64,000 nt of DNA from assembly GCA_035420565.1 (NCBI GenBank), contig DAOLVF010000001.1, positions 23,152 through 87,151 on the forward strand. Reading direction: 5' to 3'. The notes under the pieces were generated by a model. The model did no database searches. It worked only from the letters and a program-made list of their open reading frames with translations, and was not told the origin of the DNA. A program made the translations under genes and the position numbers. This DNA is from Spirochaetota bacterium (GTDB taxonomy: Bacteria > Spirochaetota > UBA4802 > UB4802). Shown piece after piece: positions 50,224 to 60,651 of this stretch (the first letter of the stretch is position 1; the number at the start of each line of letters is the position of its first letter).

Positions 50224-53200
50224 ATGAAATCATTATCCAATATCATTATTGCTGGTGCTATCCTTACCTCCATAACAGCTATTGTTATTTCCCAACAACT
50301 ATCATCCACCTTTCATGAACGCATTAACAACTACATTGATACTCATAAAGAACAAACAGTACAACCCTCTGCCAGGGGGCTTGACGATGTTTTGATTTTA
50401 CAACCTCAACAAGAACTATCACCCTTTGAATATAACTCAGGGGATTGGACTAAATATATCATTGAACCTCGATACTCGTTTTCCATTATAAGCAATCAAA
50501 TATATGAAGAAGAGCCATATGATATTCTTTCATATGGTTCAATGAATATTAATGTTAACTATGGCAAATCTTATTTTACCAATGATAAGTATAAACGCTT
50601 TGATGAAGACAAACCAACATCAGCACTTATTCAATCTGGTTTAACTATAGAGCAAAATTCCCAGCTCCATATAGAGGGTAAAGCTGGGAAGCGCCTTACA
50701 TTGTATATTGACCACGACAGTCAACAGCAAAATAATACCTATGTTTTACAATACAAGGCAGTGAATGATGATGAAGTAATACGTGAAATTAATGCTGGCG
50801 ATATCAATATTAAGGTTAACAACTCTAAATACGCAGTATATGATGACACAACTTCAAAAGGTGTCGGCATTGATTTTACCATAAAAAAAGGTGACCTTAA
50901 ACTCAAGGCATTTGGTTCTGTTTCCAAAGGGGTAAGTGAGATTGAACGATTTAAGGGCAATTACTCCAATACAAGTGTCTTATTGCAGGAATATCAATAC
51001 ACCAAGGGAACATACTATCAATTAGAACCCTTCAAGCGATTTGATAATGCAGATGCCCCTCCAGCCAATCCTTATTCTACTATAACATGGAATTCAAATC
51101 CTCCGTCACCGGCAACCTATTCTCCGTATAGTGTTGGGATAGATAGTTCCGGTTTTGAGCTTTATGCTGATGAGGCATCATCTGAAAATAAAACCGGATT
51201 GATGGCAATTTACAAATGGAACGATACATCAATAGTATTGGGATATTTTAAAAAGCTACAGCAGGGTAGTGATTTCACCATTAATTTTGCCACCGGTACA
51301 ATCACCCTCCTCAAGAATCTAAAATCACAAGCAAAACTTTTTGCAGTGTACACCAGAAACGGAACAACCCAGACATCAGACCCTTCAGCCATTACAAGCC
51401 ATCCACAATTCTCCGGAAAAATTTGTGTATTTTTAAAATATGCTTCATCACTCCATGAAGACCTCAACTATAACGGAGTACTTGATAGTGGTGAGGATAG
51501 TAACAACGATGGGATGCTAAACTATGACATCTATGAAATCAGAGGCATGTATGCTACTGGATTACAGCAACTGAGGAGCGACGATACAAAATTATCCTTC
51601 TTTAATAATCTTTTTCCCATGTCAAAGACAGATGTTGAAAGGTTGGGTGGGATTATTATTGATTACAATACAGGAATTATACAATTTAAGCTTCGTGAAC
51701 CTTTTAAGCAACTATTATCAATACAGTCACAAAAGGTAATTTATTCAGAAACACAAAGTTCTACTGCTTATACGGTATCACAATTCAAAATTGGCATCTC
51801 TGGATACAGTCAATCACGGGGTTTTCAGCTAAAACATATCAATATTATCCCCGATACTGTCCGTGTCAAGATTAATGGTGTACAATTAGCTGAAAGTCTC
51901 TATTCAGTGGATCCAACATCCGGATTTTTCCAATTTACCAATCCAGGCAATCCTGTTATTACACAAGACACAGACATTGAGATAAGCTACCAATACCTCC
52001 CATTTGAAGGACAGTCTCAAGAATTTATGGGAGGTGTCCGAGCTGACTATGCTTTAAACAAGAATATTAGTGTTGGCGGAACAATTCTTTATACTACGCA
52101 GGGAAGTGCTTCAACCATTCCCGTTATAGGAAATGAACCCACGCAAACTACTGTTGTTGAAGCCGATAGCACTATTGATTTAACGCAACACGACATCTCA
52201 AGCTTTGCTACAAAAATGAGCAATAGTAATGTAACTATTCCAGTTTCATTTAGAGGATACGTTGAATATGCAAAAAGTTACCACAGTATCAATACATTTG
52301 GCAAAGGTTTGATAGATGATTTTGAATCAATTTTTTCCGGGCTTACACTATCCATGTCAGAAAAGGATTGGATCTTAGGTTCACTGCCCGACAGTATTTC
52401 ACAAAACATGCGTGCGCGTATCTATTATAAGTTTTACCGTGATATCAACAACCCCGAAACACTGTATGGATTGCACTTTACACCAATAAACATTCCCTAC
52501 TCTAAAAAACCAGGACCATATAATGTGGCAACCGGTCACATTGCAGATTCCATACAATCCGAAAATTCCCAGCGTTCACTGGCATTAAACTTCGATTTCA
52601 GTTCAGGTGACTATATTTCAATTGTAACACAAAAATTAGCTGTGGTACCAGCGGATCTTTCCAATCTGGAATATTGTGAGATATGGTACAGAAGTACTGG
52701 CGGCACAGGAACCGTTAACCTATATCTGGACATAGGAACAATAAACGAAGATTCTGACGGCGATGGTATTTTTGACACTGAGGATACCAATAGAAATGGC
52801 TATTTAGACTATGATCCAAACAAAAGCACCTCTGAAGATGTTGGCTATATATTTAATAATACTTTCCCAACAGTGGTTGGCTCAGGGCCAGGACTATCGT
52901 CAATAACTATAGGGGACGGCGTGTTGAATACCGAAGATCTCAACAACAATGGTATGCTTGATACTGCAGAGCAGTATATACGTATCCCTGGTTTATTGAC
53001 TCCAATCTCAATTGACTGCTCTAACACAACATGGCAGAAGATAAGGATTTATATTAACAAAAGTAACCCTTCTCAATATACCTCATCTGCTGAAGCATTT
53101 GAGGATATTTTAAAAAAGATATACTCAATACGTTTACTCTTGAACCATGATACTGCCAGTACCGGGACCATCCTTATTGATTCCGTCCGCTTTGTCACCA

Positions 53201-55857
53201 TGCACTGGCAGATTACTGAGATCGATGGCACAACTCCCGGCGATACTAACAAAGCTTCCATTACCCTGATTGATTCATACAATGACAGCGAATATGCCGC
53301 AGAATCATTTGCACTCCAAAAAAACAATGTATACACCAGTCTGTATGGCGATAAAACAAAGAAAGAGATACAAAAAACAATAGAATCCGCCTTAAAAGTT
53401 TCATACAATAGCATAAACTCAACCACTTTAATCCGAAAATTTTACAAACCAATGGATATTCGATTTTATAAATATATTCACTGCTGGAGTAACTTTAGAA
53501 ATTATACCAGTGGTGATAGTATTCACTTCAAGTTACTTTCCTCGGATAATGATTATATAGAGTATGCTTATACCCCGCAATTTGTTCATGCATGGGAAGA
53601 TATTGTTTTATCGCTCCAGGGTGAAATAACCAATGCACAATTCATAAAAAAGGAAGGATCCCCTGATTTAAAAAGGATTATTGCTATCAGTGTAACAGTA
53701 CATAATACCAATACCAGTGGTGAATTCTGGCTTGATGATATCTACGCAAGTGACCCTATCACCATAGAAGATACAGCGCACTGGTATGAAGGAACAATAA
53801 AGATAACAAAGCCTTTAATTACAACCCAGGAAGGGACCCCGGTACTTTCTGATATCATGATTGAATATGTAAAAAAAGGACATGGCAATGATTTCTATAC
53901 CATTGGACAGCCATATAATGACATTTCGGAAGATTATAGCCAAGCTGTTTTTTCGTGTAACATACTTCCCTACTGGCACACCTCTATAGATTACCTGCAG
54001 GAGCAAACACAAACTGATAGCCTGAATGAAAATGTTATACCAACAAGACGAGGTACAACATCAATAAACCAGCTACATTTCATCTCAACCCTGATTCCTC
54101 CTGATAAAAGGATTCCACAGATTGACATGATGTATAATTACGAACAATTTGATAACCAGCAAGAATATAAACAATCAGCCAATTCATATGATATCAGTAG
54201 TAATAAAATAACACATCAGGCTATCATTGGATTGCAACAAACCCTGAACAATATATTGGGGGGTGATCTATCATATAGGTTGTTGCTTGATACATCGTTT
54301 AAGGATGATACTTATAAGGAAAACAGTGAATCTATATTCAACGGCTTTAGCAATCAAAAAAAACAACGCCAATCATGCAATGTATCCATACAGTATCAAT
54401 TTCCCCATTTGTATATTTCTCCCGGTATCCAGGTACTATCAGAAGAATTTGTTACCTATAGAGGCACTGTTTCAGATATCAATCCTGTAATATATCACGA
54501 GATTAACTCAAATTTTCATCCGCCTTTTTACTATGATGATACTATTCGTTTTACAGAGCGATTAAAAAAAAGTTCACTTACCATTGGGCTCCAGCGTTAT
54601 CAATTCATTAACCCATCCGTTTCTTATGAATTTTCATATTTTGAGAATCAATTTAAAGATTTTTTGCCATCAGAAATATGGTATGATTATGGATTCAATC
54701 GCTCGCATTCCACCTATGGATTTATTATGAACACCCTGTCATTACCTATAAACTTTAGTAAAATCTTCCCATCAATTAAAGGTTGCATGTTTACCTACAC
54801 GCGTTCCGGAACTATTAATGAAATAAACGTTCCCTATGAAGGTGAATCTACCAATTTTTATAATGAGCGATATGGTGTTAAACGGTTTACCAGTGCAACC
54901 GCAAATGAGATATGTAATGTTATCAGCTACCCTCCATGGTACTTTTTTAAAGGGAGGTCTAATTATGCAAATAGCCGCGACTACGTAACCTATACCATGA
55001 ACACTCAACCTGCTATCGGGGGAGTGCATTTTGCAGATTACAATAATTACTTCAGACTCCTTGATAATGCAGCATTTTCCATTAACTGGGAACTGTCGCC
55101 CCTTATACTTTTTTTAAACTCAAGTGTCAATTCAGTTTCAGACAGAAATGGTATCAATACCCCTGCTCAACAGGTTGTAACCTACAGCATTGTTTCATCT
55201 GTTTCATGTGATCTCATGAAGATTTTTTCTTTTGGATTCTTCAGACCAAATAAACCTGATTTACCATACCATTCTGCAATACTGCTACTGGAATATCAGT
55301 TTAATAAATATCTGCGTATTACCTCAAATATTGTACAGGATGAACATACCCCAACCATAGGGACAACTTTTAAATGGGACAGATCAAGTGTTGCTGTTAA
55401 ATTTGGCATAAGCTACCGCACACAAAAGTGGTACGAATTTATCCCGATTGATGATAGGAAGCGAGATAATGATGATACCATTTACTTTGAGAACATGACA
55501 GTTCAGCCTGACTTTACCAATATTGACGAAGGTTATACATTCTCAACTATCTATGAAACCGATGTACAATTTATTTATGATTTTTTTAAACATTGGTATA
55601 CGCTTACTGCAATGCCCATTTTTCGCATTGAATACTACATGGCCCTTAATCGGTATAACTATACCTTTTACACTTCGCCGGAACCCTATGATCTTTATAG
55701 TATTTCATCCAATCTCACTGTAAATGTCCACAAGAACATTCAGGGATCAATTATAGCTCGTGGTATACTGGAACGTTTCAGAAACCGGGAAACAAACTCA
55801 ATAAACCGTGAAATTGTTTCTTACGAATTAGGATTCCAATTTAGCCTGTTATTTTAA
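50224..55857 (+). CDS. 1877-aa secreted outer-membrane-type giant protein (SprA/Sov-like candidate)
   Basis: An N-terminal signal/anchor is followed by very high Tyr/Asn/Ser/Thr content. Three DxDxDG-type calcium-loop-like motifs are present (DSGEDSNNDGMLNYD, DSDGDGIFDTEDTNRNGYLDYD, NTEDLNNNGMLD). The C-terminus ...YELGFQFSLLF ends in Phe, as in OM beta-barrels. Confidence 0.5.
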   Translation: MKSLSNIIIAGAILTSITAIVISQQLSSTFHERINNYIDTHKEQTVQPSARGLDDVLILQPQQELSPFEYNSGDWTKYIIEPRYSFSIISNQIYEEEPYDILSYGSMNINVNYGKSYFTNDKYKRFDEDKPTSALIQSGLTIEQNSQLHIEGKAGKRLTLYIDHDSQQQNNTYVLQYKAVNDDEVIREINAGDINIKVNNSKYAVYDDTTSKGVGIDFTIKKGDLKLKAFGSVSKGVSEIERFKGNYSNTSVLLQEYQYTKGTYYQLEPFKRFDNADAPPANPYSTITWNSNPPSPATYSPYSVGIDSSGFELYADEASSENKTGLMAIYKWNDTSIVLGYFKKLQQGSDFTINFATGTITLLKNLKSQAKLFAVYTRNGTTQTSDPSAITSHPQFSGKICVFLKYASSLHEDLNYNGVLDSGEDSNNDGMLNYDIYEIRGMYATGLQQLRSDDTKLSFFNNLFPMSKTDVERLGGIIIDYNTGIIQFKLREPFKQLLSIQSQKVIYSETQSSTAYTVSQFKIGISGYSQSRGFQLKHINIIPDTVRVKINGVQLAESLYSVDPTSGFFQFTNPGNPVITQDTDIEISYQYLPFEGQSQEFMGGVRADYALNKNISVGGTILYTTQGSASTIPVIGNEPTQTTVVEADSTIDLTQHDISSFATKMSNSNVTIPVSFRGYVEYAKSYHSINTFGKGLIDDFESIFSGLTLSMSEKDWILGSLPDSISQNMRARIYYKFYRDINNPETLYGLHFTPINIPYSKKPGPYNVATGHIADSIQSENSQRSLALNFDFSSGDYISIVTQKLAVVPADLSNLEYCEIWYRSTGGTGTVNLYLDIGTINEDSDGDGIFDTEDTNRNGYLDYDPNKSTSEDVGYIFNNTFPTVVGSGPGLSSITIGDGVLNTEDLNNNGMLDTAEQYIRIPGLLTPISIDCSNTTWQKIRIYINKSNPSQYTSSAEAFEDILKKIYSIRLLLNHDTASTGTILIDSVRFVTMHWQITEIDGTTPGDTNKASITLIDSYNDSEYAAESFALQKNNVYTSLYGDKTKKEIQKTIESALKVSYNSINSTTLIRKFYKPMDIRFYKYIHCWSNFRNYTSGDSIHFKLLSSDNDYIEYAYTPQFVHAWEDIVLSLQGEITNAQFIKKEGSPDLKRIIAISVTVHNTNTSGEFWLDDIYASDPITIEDTAHWYEGTIKITKPLITTQEGTPVLSDIMIEYVKKGHGNDFYTIGQPYNDISEDYSQAVFSCNILPYWHTSIDYLQEQTQTDSLNENVIPTRRGTTSINQLHFISTLIPPDKRIPQIDMMYNYEQFDNQQEYKQSANSYDISSNKITHQAIIGLQQTLNNILGGDLSYRLLLDTSFKDDTYKENSESIFNGFSNQKKQRQSCNVSIQYQFPHLYISPGIQVLSEEFVTYRGTVSDINPVIYHEINSNFHPPFYYDDTIRFTERLKKSSLTIGLQRYQFINPSVSYEFSYFENQFKDFLPSEIWYDYGFNRSHSTYGFIMNTLSLPINFSKIFPSIKGCMFTYTRSGTINEINVPYEGESTNFYNERYGVKRFTSATANEICNVISYPPWYFFKGRSNYANSRDYVTYTMNTQPAIGGVHFADYNNYFRLLDNAAFSINWELSPLILFLNSSVNSVSDRNGINTPAQQVVTYSIVSSVSCDLMKIFSFGFFRPNKPDLPYHSAILLLEYQFNKYLRITSNIVQDEHTPTIGTTFKWDRSSVAVKFGISYRTQKWYEFIPIDDRKRDNDDTIYFENMTVQPDFTNIDEGYTFSTIYETDVQFIYDFFKHWYTLTAMPIFRIEYYMALNRYNYTFYTSPEPYDLYSISSNLTVNVHKNIQGSIIARGILERFRNRETNSINREIVSYELGFQFSLLF

Positions 55858-55860
55858 AAT

Positions 55861-57003
55861 CTACTTTTCTTTAATGAATAATTTTTTCAATGTCTTTTTT
55901 AATTTTTTAAATTTGTTCTGGATGGTAATTTTATAAATTCCATCTCTGATATTTTTTAGAATATGATGAGTGGTCAATGCAATAATATCCCACAACCTTT
56001 CCTGATCAGGGCAATACACAAAATAATCTATATGCACCTGGAATGCTCCTTTATATTTTCTTCCTCCTCCATCGGTTGTTATATTTTTGATCAATTCATT
56101 TAAATCAAGATCTTCATTTTTTGTTCTGAGCGATGCATCAATATCTAATTTTGTATGATTATTATGATAGACAGCTCCATAAACAACTGCAAGTTCAACA
56201 TGATTGTTTTCCAAAAGGTAATCGGCAATTATGGCAATAGTGTCTCGATGTTCCTCTTCAACAAATCCAACACCTGCTATTAGCCAGTCTTTATATATCA
56301 CCACATTAGCCATTGCATGTTGTAGTAACCGTTGAGAATACAGTGACAGCGGGACACTCTCAATTTTTTCAATCATTGAAGGTATATACAACTGCTTTAA
56401 ATATTCTATCGCCATTACATCATATTTGTTTAAATGATTAAAATTATCAGAATCTGTCTTTATTCCCAAATATAATACCGTTGCCAGTAAGTGTATCATA
56501 TCCTGTGAAAAGCATGATATATATTGCATAATGAGAGCACATAAGGTGCTTGTCGATGATACTTCATCAGTTAAAATACGAAAATGAGCAGGTACATCAT
56601 CCTCCACCGGTGCATGGTGATCTAAATGGATAAGGCAGGGAATAGCATTTATTATTCCATCAATTAAAGCTGTCTGAAAATCACATACAATATATCCTGA
56701 ATAGCGTTGCAGGTTAATAGCCTTTATGGAATCTTCAATATATAATGGAATAGAAAATAGAGATATAATTTCTCTATTGGATGGTAACGATGCAGGCATA
56801 AAAGCAAACATCGTTGCTTTGACATGCAATGCATCACATAAACAATACAAAAAGTACGAAGACGCTATTGCATCAGGGTCAGGCGATCCTTTAATGAAAA
56901 TCGCAATATGTTTTTGCACTTGAAGGATAGATATTATTTTATGAGCTGACTCTTTAAAATCAATGTTCATATAAAATTTTCGAAAATAACGATATGCATT
57001 CAC
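55861..57003 (-). CDS. DHH/DHHA1 family phosphoesterase (NrnA-like)
   Basis: GSPDPDAIASS, LIHLDHHAP and GGGRKYKGAF motifs. The GTG start overlaps the upstream stop as GTGA. Confidence 0.65.
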   Translation of the reverse strand: MNAYRYFRKFYMNIDFKESAHKIISILQVQKHIAIFIKGSPDPDAIASSYFLYCLCDALHVKATMFAFMPASLPSNREIISLFSIPLYIEDSIKAINLQRYSGYIVCDFQTALIDGIINAIPCLIHLDHHAPVEDDVPAHFRILTDEVSSTSTLCALIMQYISCFSQDMIHLLATVLYLGIKTDSDNFNHLNKYDVMAIEYLKQLYIPSMIEKIESVPLSLYSQRLLQHAMANVVIYKDWLIAGVGFVEEEHRDTIAIIADYLLENNHVELAVVYGAVYHNNHTKLDIDASLRTKNEDLDLNELIKNITTDGGGRKYKGAFQVHIDYFVYCPDQERLWDIIALTTHHILKNIRDGIYKITIQNKFKKLKKTLKKLFIKEK

Positions 57004-59156
57004 TCAATACGAAAAATCACAATGCTGATATCTTCTTTTAATGCTGTATTACTTATAAAATCATTGAGATCAGATGAAATACGTCGTATAATCAAAGCCG
57101 GGGTTTCACTATTATGCAGACGGATTAAATCTTTTATCCTGCCAATACTATATGTCTGTCCGTCAGCATTAACAGCACCGGCAATCCCATTGGAATAGAT
57201 ACAGCCTATACATGGTCCATTTGCTCGATATTCTTTGGATTCATAAATAAAATCGCGTTCAATCCCGATGGGTATCCCTTTGGTATCCAATTCTAAAAAG
57301 CTGTCAGAACGAATCTCATAGAGAATGAGAGGATTAAATGCCGCATTGAGATATTTTAACGATAGATCATCTGAATTAAATGTGAAACAGAATGCAGTAG
57401 CATATCTATCAGTAAATCTGGAGGTACACACAACCCAGTTTAATAACTGCATTATTTTCTCGGGAGCATCATAAACAGGTGAACACGATTCAAAAGCCCC
57501 ATATAACTCCAGAGCTAATACAGCAGCATCTACTCCACTATATGAACAATCAGCTATTAAAAATCCCAGCAAATTTTTGCGTAAAACTCGCGCATTGCAA
57601 AATTCACCACCCAGATTTGAATTATTCATCAAGATAGAACTTATCCTGATATGATCGATAAACGGTATTTGTTTGGGTTGCATTGAAGTTTTAATAGCAT
57701 TAACCACTAATTGATCATGTTCAGCAACCTGCTTTGTTTTCACATCTTCAATCTGCAAAGAATTGACTAAAGCATTACCAAACTTCACTCTGTATAATTC
57801 CATGAATTGAATCTCATTATAGGTATATGGGCGCCCTTTTTTATGAGGACCCACCAATAATATCGCTACAAGTTTTCCATTTGCGTCAAAAATAGGAAGA
57901 ATAACTTCAATATTATTACTCTTTACCAATATAAGGACATCATCAAAAGCTTTGATAGTGTCATCCGTATAAAATAATGATTGATGGATTGTTGTTGTGA
58001 CCATCTCACATAACTGCACAATAGAATCGGTAGACACTATTCTTTTAATTTTTGTTTGTTCACCAATGCTGTGGCTTAAAATAAATGCTTTTTCTGACTC
58101 ATTATACATCAAAAGTGATGCAGAACTAACATTAAACAAATTTTCCAGACTATCAATGGTTGTGGAAAAAAATTTATCCCAATATGCTGGATCCCCTTCA
58201 AATTCTTCTGCCTGAGATAATGCCTGAATAAATGTATTAAAACGTGTTTCCAGACGTACATACTCTCGTTTAAAGGATTTCTCCAGATATGGCTGGATAA
58301 AACGTGTAAATACAAATAAATATATAACATTGATAAAAGCAACAGCTACGGCAGGAATCTGCCCACCTCTCAAAAAAAACCTATAACTATATACAAGAAT
58401 AAAATATGATGGAATTACCGTCATAGCCAATACTATACAATAAAAAACTATTTTAAAGTAGAATTCCTTAACATCAAGATAGCGTTCATCTGAAATTGCA
58501 TAATTATTTATCAGTAACAATATCAAGGCAGCGGATGCAATCCCAGGGCTGTGAAAATCATATATTTTAAAAGCATACGGTAAAATTATAAACGTTATCA
58601 AAATGATCAATGCACCAAAATGGTTTCCCATAAAAATATAGAACAATTGATACCTAAATGAAGTATTTTCTAATCGCCTCACTTTATAAAATAATGTAAA
58701 AAAAGTACCCATGATATAAAAAATAAAAACAACTAGATATACTTCAATCAATACCCCATAACTAAAGTTGAAATAATACTCAATAAATGATGCATGGGTA
58801 ATTATTGTATCAGTTGCCACGCAAAGTACAAATGTAATAAAGCCTGGTATAGCAGTTGTTATAATCATCCATAAAGGGCTTTTCTTTTCCCATCGAGGGA
58901 AAATTTGTGTATAATGAAAAAAGCCCTGGTTAATAATTATTATTAAACCAAAATACCAGCGCGTCAGTTGAACAATGTCAATATCAGGAATAAAATATGG
59001 TATAATTAAACATGAAACCATACCCGCTGTCAGAATGGCAATAAGCGAAAACAAGCGGTTTACTGCGTAAGAATATCTTTTCACTATATTAATGATGGCA
59101 ACAAAGAGAGCAAATATAACAGTAATTGCACAGATAGTAATTATAGTGTAGTTCAA
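57000..59156 (-). CDS. polytopic membrane sensor with GAF and PPM/SpoIIE phosphatase domains
   Basis: About 9 TM helices are followed by a GAF-like region (ASLLMYNE...ILPIFDANGKLVAILLVG) and then GGEF.NAR...LIADCSYSGVDAA...NADGQT phosphatase motifs. TTG start. Confidence 0.6.
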   Translation of the reverse strand: MNYTIITICAITVIFALFVAIINIVKRYSYAVNRLFSLIAILTAGMVSCLIIPYFIPDIDIVQLTRWYFGLIIIINQGFFHYTQIFPRWEKKSPLWMIITTAIPGFITFVLCVATDTIITHASFIEYYFNFSYGVLIEVYLVVFIFYIMGTFFTLFYKVRRLENTSFRYQLFYIFMGNHFGALIILITFIILPYAFKIYDFHSPGIASAALILLLINNYAISDERYLDVKEFYFKIVFYCIVLAMTVIPSYFILVYSYRFFLRGGQIPAVAVAFINVIYLFVFTRFIQPYLEKSFKREYVRLETRFNTFIQALSQAEEFEGDPAYWDKFFSTTIDSLENLFNVSSASLLMYNESEKAFILSHSIGEQTKIKRIVSTDSIVQLCEMVTTTIHQSLFYTDDTIKAFDDVLILVKSNNIEVILPIFDANGKLVAILLVGPHKKGRPYTYNEIQFMELYRVKFGNALVNSLQIEDVKTKQVAEHDQLVVNAIKTSMQPKQIPFIDHIRISSILMNNSNLGGEFCNARVLRKNLLGFLIADCSYSGVDAAVLALELYGAFESCSPVYDAPEKIMQLLNWVVCTSRFTDRYATAFCFTFNSDDLSLKYLNAAFNPLILYEIRSDSFLELDTKGIPIGIERDFIYESKEYRANGPCIGCIYSNGIAGAVNADGQTYSIGRIKDLIRLHNSETPALIIRRISSDLNDFISNTALKEDISIVIFRIE

Positions 59157-59252
59157 AGCTAAACCATCCAGAATATATTATATATAATCCCATGATATAA
59201 AATTGAAGTACTTTTACAATAATTATCGATAAATTTCAAGCTAATTTATAAT

Positions 59253-59801
59253 TTATGATATATCATTATGGTCTATACATGTCCGAACCATCTTCAGGGA
59301 AAGCTTTTTATAAATTGTTTTCAATTGTTTATCAATAAAATAATATGTTGATTTACACTCTGCGGCAATTTCTGAAAATTTCTTATTCTGGTAAAATTTT
59401 TTGTACAGCAATGATTGCTCGTCATTGCTCAATTCCTTTATAACATCATACAGAGTATTGACTACCATACCATCAATCATTGTTTCAGCCATATCTTTAT
59501 TATTAACCTCTTCAATAGTTGCAATTTGAGATAGCCAGTAACTGTCGCCATTGTTATGGTGTCGCATTTCTTTACGAATACGGCTGATGCAGGTATTCCG
59601 TGTTGCTTTAACAATATAATGCTTTATAGCAGGATCAAACGGATCCCCTTTTAAATCAACCCTCACTAATTTAAGAAATACATCATGGAAGATATCTTCA
59701 ATATCCTCATTGGATGTAAAGTAACCGGCTATTATTTTTTTCACCAGATTACCATAGAGCACATAGCATTTGCTAACACATTCATGTGTATCTTTTTTCA
59801 T
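59253..59801 (-). CDS. ECF-type RNA polymerase sigma factor
   Basis: Sigma region 2 (IFHDVFLKLVRV) and region 4 (EQSLLYKKFYQNKKFSEIAAE). The track start is TTG at 59813. ATG at 59801 follows GGGGGA. Confidence 0.75.
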   Translation of the reverse strand: MKKDTHECVSKCYVLYGNLVKKIIAGYFTSNEDIEDIFHDVFLKLVRVDLKGDPFDPAIKHYIVKATRNTCISRIRKEMRHHNNGDSYWLSQIATIEEVNNKDMAETMIDGMVVNTLYDVIKELSNDEQSLLYKKFYQNKKFSEIAAECKSTYYFIDKQLKTIYKKLSLKMVRTCIDHNDIS

Positions 59802-59947
59802 GTCATCCCCCAAAGTATTGAAATATTACATTTTTACGTTTGTAATAGCATAGTTTACTATTAAAATCTTCTTATTTTGCGATTTATCTGAAAATGAGAA
59901 AAATTTTTGATATAGTATTGTAAATAATAGCTCTTGAGGTTACTATC

Positions 59948-60631
59948 ATGTTTAAACCGCCACTAACATTACAGACCACAACATTATGGAACTACCCCTC
60001 CCAGAATTACGGCAATCAAAAGCAGGGTGATCAAAATTACCCGGGTGCAACCCCTTCATATGTCATATGGAATTTGCTCATGCGGTATACAAACAAGGGT
60101 GATATGGTTGTTGACCCAATGTGCGGCAGCGGGACAACCATTGATGTATGCAACGATCTCCATCGGAAATGTCTGGGGTATGACATTCATCCGTATAGAG
60201 CCGATATTATGAAAGCTGATGCACGCAATCTTCCCTGTAAAAGTAACAGCGCTGATTTTATCTTTATAGACCCGCCGTATGGCGATAATATCAGCTACTC
60301 CAACGAAGAACAGTGTATTGGGAAACTGAGCGCTAAAAGTCAGGAGTACTTTGATGCCATGGCGATAGTTATTAAGGAAATACATCGCATTTGTAAACCA
60401 AAACACTCCATGGGATTATATATTTGTGATTATTATAACAAGAAGGATGGCTTTATTCCTATAGGATTCAAACTATTCTCCATACTGTTGCAATACTTCA
60501 AACCTGTTGATATCATCGCTGTAGCACGACATAATAAAACACTGACAATGGGCAATTATCACAGGGCTGCTGAAGAAGGCAATTTTTTTCTTCGGGGATT
60601 TAACTATTGTTTTATTATGTATAAAGAGTAA
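59948..60631 (+). CDS. SAM-dependent N-methyltransferase, DPPY class (UPF0020/RlmL-like core, no THUMP domain)
   Basis: Motif I DMVVDPMCGSGTTI is followed by motif IV FIFIDPPYG. SD GAGGT. The substrate (RNA or DNA) cannot be told from the sequence. Confidence 0.6.
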   Translation: MFKPPLTLQTTTLWNYPSQNYGNQKQGDQNYPGATPSYVIWNLLMRYTNKGDMVVDPMCGSGTTIDVCNDLHRKCLGYDIHPYRADIMKADARNLPCKSNSADFIFIDPPYGDNISYSNEEQCIGKLSAKSQEYFDAMAIVIKEIHRICKPKHSMGLYICDYYNKKDGFIPIGFKLFSILLQYFKPVDIIAVARHNKTLTMGNYHRAAEEGNFFLRGFNYCFIMYKE

Positions 60632-60651
60632 AACAGCAAAAAACTACAGCA

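Noticed and set aside
59948-60631. DPPY methyltransferase considered as the modification half of a restriction-modification system
   Set aside because: No endonuclease-like or specificity gene is adjacent. The motif order (I then IV, DPMCGSGT) fits RlmL/UPF0020-type RNA methylases equally well.
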